Part shown: positions 18,882 to 27,224 of the stretch, piece after piece
How positions within the stretch are numbered: position 1 is the stretch's first letter
Layout of the letters: every line of letters starts with the position of its first letter
From: a virus
Lineage: Duplodnaviria > Caudoviricetes
DNA length: 50,873 nt
Virus record (IMG/VR): IMGVR_UViG_3300033148_005005
Span: 1-50,873 of that record
Direction: 5' to 3' (one strand)
Made by a program: the position numbers and the translations under genes
Notes under the pieces: generated by a model
The model's database searches: none
The model's input: the letters and a program-made list of their open reading frames with translations, nothing else
Told to the model about the DNA's origin: nothing

Positions 18882-20432
18882 ATGAGTGATGAAAGCGTAA
18901 AAGTAAATCCTGGTGATCAAGGTAATGCTATATCAATAGCCCTTGATAAGATTGGGAATATTTTTTATCCAATTTATAAAATGGCGTTTGGTGAAGACGG
19001 TACTGTAACTAAAGTATCTGATACTGATCCATTGCCAACAAAAACAACGCAATCTAACGGTGTTCCTTTATCGTATTCTAAATTAACAGCCAACGCATCA
19101 ACGGTAAGCGTTTCAAAAGGGAACTTAAATAAAATAGATTTTTTCCCTAGAATTATGAATGAGCAGCAGGAAAGCTCAAGAGAAGTTCAAGGGGTTGTCA
19201 CCCCTACAAATACAGTCAATCAAATAATTAAAATAAGCAAAGACAATATATCTGCATTACTTATAACATTAGAAAGTGCGGGTGGCGTTGTTATTGATAA
19301 TTTCGAGAGCTATGCGGACAACGCAGCATTGCAGGCCGTATGGATTGCTAGTGGATCTTTAGCTACATTAGACACTGCTATTTTTCATGGCGGGGCTAAA
19401 TCCATGTCTTTGCCGTCTACAAATAATGGCGATGAGTGGGAAAGAACAGCAGCCCCACAAGACTTTACAGATTATACGGGTTCATTTAATACTTATTTTT
19501 CCCATTCATTTTCTCAACAACAGTTAGCGGTTTATATAGAGGACTCAGTAGGAAATAACAAAAGCTTTACCCTTATTCAAGATGCGGCAAATCAATGGTG
19601 TGATTGCTCTGTTAATGAGAAAGCAATGGTAGAAAATCCAGCGAATACGCTGGATACAGATGTTACCGATATAACAAAAATAGGTTATAGAATAATCTTA
19701 AAAAGAACCGGTGGAACTATAAATATTGATAATTTAGCATCTGTACCGCCACCAGGAGAAATAGAGATAAAATGGTGGGACATGGGCGACACTATACCGG
19801 TGTCAGGCGTAACCAGCATTGATGATGGGGTGCAATACGAACAAATAGGAGGCTCGGCATCAAGTCATTTTCTATCGCTTGACGGCGGGAAAAGAACTTA
19901 TCATTTAGAAGAGTTTTCATGCGGTGTCCAAAAATCATTACCTACAAATGAAACCCTAAACGAAGGGAATTATTATCTTTTAGAATTGAAATGGGTTGAT
20001 ACTGATGTAAGTGTTTATGGTGCAGATACATCATTTACAAATGATTATTATGTTAGCGGGTTTGCTTGTACCGCCCCTGATGAAGCTACGCCCATAACAG
20101 CAATAGGTGCGTATTCCGATTTAATGTTTGTGATAATGTCAGCACAAGACATTTATATAACTAGAATTGGATGGAGGTTTGATTCAGCGCCTAATGGTGA
20201 CTCAAGTATTCTTGTCTTTTTAGAAGATACCGACTTGGAGATAACAGATGTTATAATTGACCATGAGGCATCACCAGAGCAATCATTTGATACAGATTTA
20301 AGCTTAAGACCAAATTATTTGGTAGATGGTGGAAAGTTAGAATTTTATTATAATGATGATTATTCTGATTCTGTAACAGATGTGCGTGGCGAAATATCAT
20401 TTCTTTATGAACCTCCGATAACTAATGGATAA
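18882..20432 (+). CDS. Structural protein with a CBM-like jelly-roll region
   Basis: SD ggag; N-terminal KMAFGEDG...VS..DPLP; IDNFESYADNAALQAVW resembles the start of carbohydrate-binding modules. Confidence 0.5.
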   Translation: MSDESVKVNPGDQGNAISIALDKIGNIFYPIYKMAFGEDGTVTKVSDTDPLPTKTTQSNGVPLSYSKLTANASTVSVSKGNLNKIDFFPRIMNEQQESSREVQGVVTPTNTVNQIIKISKDNISALLITLESAGGVVIDNFESYADNAALQAVWIASGSLATLDTAIFHGGAKSMSLPSTNNGDEWERTAAPQDFTDYTGSFNTYFSHSFSQQQLAVYIEDSVGNNKSFTLIQDAANQWCDCSVNEKAMVENPANTLDTDVTDITKIGYRIILKRTGGTINIDNLASVPPPGEIEIKWWDMGDTIPVSGVTSIDDGVQYEQIGGSASSHFLSLDGGKRTYHLEEFSCGVQKSLPTNETLNEGNYYLLELKWVDTDVSVYGADTSFTNDYYVSGFACTAPDEATPITAIGAYSDLMFVIMSAQDIYITRIGWRFDSAPNGDSSILVFLEDTDLEITDVIIDHEASPEQSFDTDLSLRPNYLVDGGKLEFYYNDDYSDSVTDVRGEISFLYEPPITNG

Positions 20433-20434
20433 TC

Positions 20435-20602
20435 ATGCCAGTTTCAACCGATATGCCAATGGGACCAGGGTTCTTTATCTTCTTTCAGACTCAAAGAACT
20501 AATAACCCGCATCCTGAGATTGATAGTGATAGAATCAAAAAAGACGACAATGAACTAATCGAAATAATAACAATGGTAATGAATTGCGATGAGCTATGCT
20601 GA
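20435..20602 (+). CDS. 55-aa small protein (MPVSTDMPMGPGFFIFF...KKDDNELIEIITMVMNCDELC), absent from the ORF track
   Basis: Translated by hand: ATG 20435 to TGA 20602; fills the gap and overlaps the next start. Confidence 0.65.
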   Translation: MPVSTDMPMGPGFFIFFQTQRTNNPHPEIDSDRIKKDDNELIEIITMVMNCDELC

Positions 20603-23600
20603 CTGTATAAAGAAAATTGGCCTGAGTGATGAAGAGATCCGCATATACGATGATCTTGTTGCCAAACATCAGACAGAGGGGTTATCGCCTGCTGACGCTC
20701 AAATCGCGGCTGCTGAAGCTCGTTTAACTGAGTTAGGTATTGATAAAACAGAAGTTCAGACGAAAATCAATGAATTAATACCAGAACATGCTATAACTAA
20801 AGGTATAGAAGTTGAGGAAATAACAAATGAAGAAGAACGACAAAAACTCTTTGAAGAATTTGCGGCCCTTCGACCTAGAGAATTACAAGGCGAAGAAGAC
20901 GTTTACACAACTGCAAGCGGAAGGAAAGCTGACGACACCTGGCGCACAGCAACTCGCGTCACACGCAACGGCAATCCAGCAATTATCCACAGGGGCGCAA
21001 GCCAAAAACTCACAGAAAAAGACTTCGATCAAGAGTCGCTTGGCAAAGCTACTGGGCATCCAACGTCAGGACTAGGTGTTTACTTATCAGCTGACTTCAG
21101 CATCGCTAGTGGATACGGTTCTGTTGTTGAATCAGTCCATATCGACATCCGTAACCCTAAAATTTATACCGTTGACACTTCACCTGAATTTGATTCAGTA
21201 GAAGACGCTTACGCTCATCGCGAGGCATTACAAGCAGAAGGTTACGATGGCATTATTTTTGACCTTCGTGAAATTGACGGCCCTGTTGATTTTGTTGTTT
21301 TTGAAGCAGACCAAGTTATTTATCCTCCTGAAGCTGATGATGTTAAGACTTTTTTTCAAGGTGATGCCAGAACTTATGAAGGCTTCACGATAGTACAAAA
21401 AGGCGACGAGGGTTTAACTGGTCGCGGTGCTATAAAAATGAAAGATGGCACAGTGTTGATAGATGACTCACCTGTACATGCAACGCAGCTTGCTAAAATT
21501 CAAAAACTCGGTATCCCATTAAGCGAAGTTGAAAGTGGTGGATTCATTCGTGCTGATGGGTCGTATATTGAAGGTTCAGCTGATACTCCACGTATATTAG
21601 AGCAAGATAAAGCGAGAGAAGCATTTGAGGCTCGTAGGAAAAAAGACAGCAAGAAACCTGCGCCAATTGAATTAACAGGTCAAGGTGATGTTGATCTTGT
21701 TGAAACAGGTAAGCCTGTAAGTTTTTACTTTATCCACAACACAGAATCAGCAACAGATATATTTGGAAAACCTAAAAAAGACGCTCCTTATGGTCGTGCG
21801 TTTGAGCCATCTGCACGTTATATAAATATTGCATCTGAGTCAAAGGCAAAAGAGATAGCTAATGAAGGAGGGCAATTTGTTAGCGGCAAGCTTACATTCA
21901 AAAATCCGATTGTTCTACCTAACGATAATTTAAAATGGAAAGAAAAATTATCAGAAACATACGGTGGTAAAACAGGCAAGGCGTTAAGCAAAGCTATTAT
22001 CGCTGACGGTCATGATGGCGTTATTACGACTGAAGATAAATATATTACAGAAACAATTGACCTTACTACTTTTGATGAAGCAAAGGCATTATATCAGTCC
22101 GATGAAAAACAAGATTTATTTGTAGCTCATAATCTAAGTGCCGAGAATATTTTATCAGCTAAAGACTTGGGCGGGCTTGCTGCGCCATCTATTGCGATAG
22201 CCCGTACAAGCGTATCAGATTTTTCCGGCTTTGGTGAAGTTACGTTATTAGCAGATCCTAAATTACTTGAAGACCCTAAAGCACGTACATTCGATGCTGA
22301 TATCTATTCACCGCGTCAACCGCGTGCTGTATATGATATTGATCAAGATATTTACAGTGAACTTTATCAACAACTTGATCCTGATAATTTAGAGTTAAGC
22401 AAACCTGATATCAATTCAATGGAAGATACAACTGGGCCTGATAATTTTCTTAGGTCAGAAGCCGTTGAATATCACTGGTTAAAACTTCAAGGCAAAGAGC
22501 CAAAACTGAAAAAAGCGAAAGTTGACCCGACTGTTCGTAAAGCTGCAAAATTTGATAAGAATCAGTTTGAGTTAATTGAAGATGAAAAATTCATCAAGAT
22601 GGCAACTGATTATTATCAGAAGCAACTTGACGCATTAACGGAAGATGGATTTGATGTTCGTGCTGAGAAAATGACAGAATGGTATTTCAATGAAGATGGC
22701 TCATTGAAACATTCAAAACTACGTGATCTTGCTAGTAAAGCAGATCGTTTTCGTAGAACTGGTGGTATCGATACAAGTAAGTTAAGAGAAGATATTGTTA
22801 AAAAGATTCGCGTTAAAAAGAATCGTAATGAATATGAACAGTGGGCTACTGAGCAGTTTAATAAAATGGTCACTGGTAAGAAAATATTTAAAGGGTTCAC
22901 GCCATCAGGTAACCGTAAGTATGTAGATTATAACCTACAGAATGTTGTTAAAGAGATGACTCAGCAACTACAAGCTGGTGAGTCGTTCTTTTATGGCGCT
23001 GGAACTGTTCGCTCTAAATACGCGAATGAGATGAAAACAATTGCACAAATTCAAGCTAAACGTGACGAGATAGTTAGTGAAGAAGACATGCAGAAAGTTA
23101 AGGACGAATCTGCTGAAGTATTTTCAAAAGCACTTGACGATTTAAAACGATTTTACAAGTATGACACCAGCTCATGGGGTTATTCTGATGATGCTGGTAA
23201 TGCGATCATTGAAGGTCGTAAAGGTCTGAATGAAGCATTCGATATGACACCTGAAGCACAACAGATTGTTGATGATCTGCTTGAATATTTAGCGGCATTA
23301 CCTACCAGTTATTTTGAAGCAAAAGTACAACGTGCTGTCGGATTTGAAGAATTCAATACAGCTGTAATTCCGCGTGGTATGCGTAAAGATGCGCTTAAGG
23401 TTTTGAAAGACGCAGGGTTAAAAATTAAAACTTATGACCCTAAAGATAAAGCTTCGCGTGCTGATGTTATTGCTAAACAGGAAAAAATATTATTCCAACC
23501 AACACGCGCATCAATCCAGTTCACAAAAGAAAACGAATCAATTATTCGTTTAACTCGCGCATCTGATTTATCTTCTTTCTTGCATGAGTCTGGTCACTTG

Positions 23601-26600
23601 TTCCTTGAAATGGAGAAACGTTTTGCTGATAAATTTGGACAGACTGAAGAACAACAAACATTACTTGATTGGCTTGAAGTTAACTCATTCGATGAAATTG
23701 GTGTTGAACATCATGAGAAATTCGCCGAAACTTTTGAAGCTTATCTTCGTGAAGGCAAAGCGCCGTCGTTAAAGCTACGTGAAGCGTTTGCAGCATTCGC
23801 CAGATGGCTGACAGTGATCTATCGTAAGTTAACCGACTCACGGCTTACTCGTGTTGATTTATCACCTGAGATACGCCAGTACATGGATCGTATGCTGGCA
23901 ACTGAAGCAGAGATCGAGCAAGCAATGGCAAATCCTGCTTATGATCAGTTATTCAGATCGAAAGAACAAGCCGGTATGACTGACGAGCAATGGGACGCTC
24001 ACCAGAAACAAGCCGCTAAAGTTAAAGAAAAAGCGACTACCGACCTGCTGCAAAAGGTTATCGATGAATTAAAGAAACGAAAAACAAAAGAATGGAAGGA
24101 AGAACGCGATCCTTTAATTGAAGAAGAGCTTGCGCGATTGGCTGACTTACCTGCTTATCAGATTTTAACAATGGCATCTAACGATCCAATGGATTCTAAA
24201 ATCGTTAAAGATGAATTAGGTATTGAAGCAAAAGCAGAGCTAGATACTGCTGAATATTATGGTGAAGAGTACGAGCCAAAAACAACACCTCAAAAATCTA
24301 AATCAAGTATGAACCGTTTAATAAAACGAATCACAAAGAAAGACGGTGTTGATCCTGCTGAGTACGCTGAAGCATTTGATTACACTTCAGTAACAGCGAT
24401 GATGAACGACATCAATGATCGTGGCACATTAAAACGTGAAGCACTTAAAGCAGCTGAAGACAGAATGATTGAGAAGTATGGTGACATGCTTAATGATGGT
24501 CGTATTGAATTGGAAGCGCGTGAGTCTATTCATAATGATGAGCAAGCAAAGTTATTACTTCAGGAAATTCGCGCATTAAGTAAAGGCAAGGCAAAAATAA
24601 ATCGCGCCTACTTAATGGCTGAAGCAAAAACATTAATCAGCAAAATGAATTACAAAGAAATAAAACCGAGTAAGTTTTATCGCGCTGAAATTAAAGCCGC
24701 TCAATTGGCTGCTACTGCAACAACTGACGCTGAAAAACTGGCAGCAAAAACTCAACAAATTGCTAACCATTATTTGTATCGTGAAGCTATCGATGTCAAG
24801 GAAGCAATGGATCGACAAAGAAAATATGTTCGTCGCGTTCAAACTCGTGAATATAAAGCGAATGAAGTTTCTCCTGAGTTTAGTCAAAATATGCGAACAC
24901 TCGCTAACCTTTATGACTTGCGTAAGAAACCAGATCAGATACGTGATGTTAATAAAATTCTTGATTGGTATCAGGCTCAACTTGCTGATGAAAATAGATT
25001 TGTTAAAGCCGAGTTATTTGATCCTAATTTAATCTTGGCACTTGAAGCTAGAAATCGTGGCGAGATTGATAAACTAAATCTACCAAATTTTGATGAGCTG
25101 ACGGCTGATCAATTAAAGGGCTTGTATGACATGATCAGACACCTTCGTTATGTTGGTGGTCAGATGTCAAATACAGTGAAGGCAGAATTAGCTGCTCAAA
25201 GAAGAATCTTAACTGAATCGATTATTGAGCATGGCGGCAAAGATACAAAAGTTATCAGGGGCGTTCCTCGTCGATGGGAAAACGAACGAAAAAATATAAG
25301 ACATTTTGTTAACAGAATTCCATCATTAAGAAATTTAACTCGTGTTCTTGATGGCTTTTCAAAAGACGATACCGGCGCTGCTGTTGATATGATTTATCGT
25401 GAGATAGAAGATTCTAATAGCCACAAGATAGAATTACAAAAACACCTCTACGAGAAGTTTGAAAACGAAATGGGCGACATACACAAAGTTGGTCTATCAA
25501 GAAAAATGACTGACTACACTGTTGAGGATGGTCGCACAGTTTCATTCCATGCAGAAAGCCGATATATGATGGCTTTATATTGGGGAACTGAATCAAGCCG
25601 TGAAGCAATACGCGAAGGCTTTGGGTTAACTGATGCTGACGTTCAAATGATACTGAGTGATATGACACAAGAGCAACTTGTGTTGGTTAACTCAACATGG
25701 AATGTTAACGAATCAATGTGGCCCGAACTATCAAAAGCACACGTTGAATTGTATGGCGTTGCGCCACCTAAATTATCACCAACTCCGTTTGAAATTAATG
25801 GCGTTAAATTAACAGGTGGTCATATGCGTTTATTTTATGACTCATCTAAATTGGAATTGAAAAGCATCCAAGAAGAACGTGGTGGACTTGCTTCAATAAT
25901 GCCAAACAAAAACGGCACAATGATTGCGCGTGTCGGGTCTGGTGGCAAACCGCCAAAACTTGATATGTCCAATATTATTAGATCGCTTGATGAGAATATT
26001 CATAACATTGCTTTTGCGAAGACAGCAAATAAATTACGTGGGTTATTAAACTCTGACGAGGTTAGTAATGCTATTGAACAAAAGCATGGTGATGGTTTTA
26101 AGTCTGCGTTAATCGAAGCGGTTGATGGTCTTACTGGTAATCGATTAGCGGTTGAAACAACCCCGATAGTTGCATCCATGTTTAGGTTATTAAGAAGAGC
26201 CGCAACCTTTAAACATCTTGCTTATAGTTTAAGAAATACGGTTCAACAGATACCGGCTGTTTTTGTTGCACTTGAAGAAGTTGGTGTTGTTAATTTCACT
26301 AATAACCTAATGAGATATGCATCGCCTAAAGGTCATACTGACATGGTGAATTTTATTTCTGAAAAATCAAAGTTCATGAGTGATCGCGCTTCATTTGTAA
26401 ACCGTGAAGCCAATGAGTATTTGAGAAAGATAACTACTGATGGAAAAGCTCATCATATGTGGAATCAATTTGCTCGATATGGATTCACTCCGCAAACAGC
26501 TGTTGATTCGATGATCGCGTTTCCTGTATGGATGTCCAGGTATGAAGAAGGCATGAATAATCACAGTGATGAGAGAAGAGCAGTTTCTGATGCTGATACA

Positions 26601-27203
26601 GCTGTTGCTGAATCCGTTGGATCAGGATCTGATTTGCATTTAGGTGGATTGTTCCAAGCCAATAACAGTGAGTTTACGAAAACATTAACTATCTTTGGTA
26701 CGTGGTTCAATGCTTATTATCAGCGTATTTATAAATCAACTGACGGCATGACAACGGTTGCGAATAAAGAAGCGGTGATGAGTTTATTGATCACCCCGTT
26801 CATAGTTGCTGTCTTGTCGGCTGTCGTTATTATGGATATGCCGAAAGATGATGAAGAGACTTGGGCGTGGATGCTGAAAAGATATGCGGCATTCATGGGT
26901 GGTACAGCCCCGATTCTTCGTGATATCATCAGCTCATTCAGTGGATTCGCACCAAAGACAGTATTTTCTGGTGCTGCTGAAGTACCAGCAAAATTCAAAT
27001 CAATTGCTGGTAAGATAATTGAAGAAGAGGAAGCGGATATAAAAACCGCGTCCAATATAATAAAAGCAGTGACAACGGTTATACCTGTTCCTGGCGTTGG
27101 TAACTTAACAAGGACTATGGATTATGTTGATTCGCATGATAGAGGTCGAGAAGGTGAATTTAATGCGTACCAAGCTCTTGTTCAAGGCCCGACGAAACGT
27201 TGA
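20589..27203 (+). CDS. Giant polyvalent ejection protein, C-terminal part (ART-like modules, zincin HExxH, helical body)
   Basis: HRG...GVYLS...NP...GYDGII ART-like module; FLHESGH and HEKFAETFEAYLREGKAPS; 2204 aa. Confidence 0.8.
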   Translation: MSYADCIKKIGLSDEEIRIYDDLVAKHQTEGLSPADAQIAAAEARLTELGIDKTEVQTKINELIPEHAITKGIEVEEITNEEERQKLFEEFAALRPRELQGEEDVYTTASGRKADDTWRTATRVTRNGNPAIIHRGASQKLTEKDFDQESLGKATGHPTSGLGVYLSADFSIASGYGSVVESVHIDIRNPKIYTVDTSPEFDSVEDAYAHREALQAEGYDGIIFDLREIDGPVDFVVFEADQVIYPPEADDVKTFFQGDARTYEGFTIVQKGDEGLTGRGAIKMKDGTVLIDDSPVHATQLAKIQKLGIPLSEVESGGFIRADGSYIEGSADTPRILEQDKAREAFEARRKKDSKKPAPIELTGQGDVDLVETGKPVSFYFIHNTESATDIFGKPKKDAPYGRAFEPSARYINIASESKAKEIANEGGQFVSGKLTFKNPIVLPNDNLKWKEKLSETYGGKTGKALSKAIIADGHDGVITTEDKYITETIDLTTFDEAKALYQSDEKQDLFVAHNLSAENILSAKDLGGLAAPSIAIARTSVSDFSGFGEVTLLADPKLLEDPKARTFDADIYSPRQPRAVYDIDQDIYSELYQQLDPDNLELSKPDINSMEDTTGPDNFLRSEAVEYHWLKLQGKEPKLKKAKVDPTVRKAAKFDKNQFELIEDEKFIKMATDYYQKQLDALTEDGFDVRAEKMTEWYFNEDGSLKHSKLRDLASKADRFRRTGGIDTSKLREDIVKKIRVKKNRNEYEQWATEQFNKMVTGKKIFKGFTPSGNRKYVDYNLQNVVKEMTQQLQAGESFFYGAGTVRSKYANEMKTIAQIQAKRDEIVSEEDMQKVKDESAEVFSKALDDLKRFYKYDTSSWGYSDDAGNAIIEGRKGLNEAFDMTPEAQQIVDDLLEYLAALPTSYFEAKVQRAVGFEEFNTAVIPRGMRKDALKVLKDAGLKIKTYDPKDKASRADVIAKQEKILFQPTRASIQFTKENESIIRLTRASDLSSFLHESGHLFLEMEKRFADKFGQTEEQQTLLDWLEVNSFDEIGVEHHEKFAETFEAYLREGKAPSLKLREAFAAFARWLTVIYRKLTDSRLTRVDLSPEIRQYMDRMLATEAEIEQAMANPAYDQLFRSKEQAGMTDEQWDAHQKQAAKVKEKATTDLLQKVIDELKKRKTKEWKEERDPLIEEELARLADLPAYQILTMASNDPMDSKIVKDELGIEAKAELDTAEYYGEEYEPKTTPQKSKSSMNRLIKRITKKDGVDPAEYAEAFDYTSVTAMMNDINDRGTLKREALKAAEDRMIEKYGDMLNDGRIELEARESIHNDEQAKLLLQEIRALSKGKAKINRAYLMAEAKTLISKMNYKEIKPSKFYRAEIKAAQLAATATTDAEKLAAKTQQIANHYLYREAIDVKEAMDRQRKYVRRVQTREYKANEVSPEFSQNMRTLANLYDLRKKPDQIRDVNKILDWYQAQLADENRFVKAELFDPNLILALEARNRGEIDKLNLPNFDELTADQLKGLYDMIRHLRYVGGQMSNTVKAELAAQRRILTESIIEHGGKDTKVIRGVPRRWENERKNIRHFVNRIPSLRNLTRVLDGFSKDDTGAAVDMIYREIEDSNSHKIELQKHLYEKFENEMGDIHKVGLSRKMTDYTVEDGRTVSFHAESRYMMALYWGTESSREAIREGFGLTDADVQMILSDMTQEQLVLVNSTWNVNESMWPELSKAHVELYGVAPPKLSPTPFEINGVKLTGGHMRLFYDSSKLELKSIQEERGGLASIMPNKNGTMIARVGSGGKPPKLDMSNIIRSLDENIHNIAFAKTANKLRGLLNSDEVSNAIEQKHGDGFKSALIEAVDGLTGNRLAVETTPIVASMFRLLRRAATFKHLAYSLRNTVQQIPAVFVALEEVGVVNFTNNLMRYASPKGHTDMVNFISEKSKFMSDRASFVNREANEYLRKITTDGKAHHMWNQFARYGFTPQTAVDSMIAFPVWMSRYEEGMNNHSDERRAVSDADTAVAESVGSGSDLHLGGLFQANNSEFTKTLTIFGTWFNAYYQRIYKSTDGMTTVANKEAVMSLLITPFIVAVLSAVVIMDMPKDDEETWAWMLKRYAAFMGGTAPILRDIISSFSGFAPKTVFSGAAEVPAKFKSIAGKIIEEEEADIKTASNIIKAVTTVIPVPGVGNLTRTMDYVDSHDRGREGEFNAYQALVQGPTKR

Positions 27204-27224
27204 TAAATATAACCGGATTAAGTT

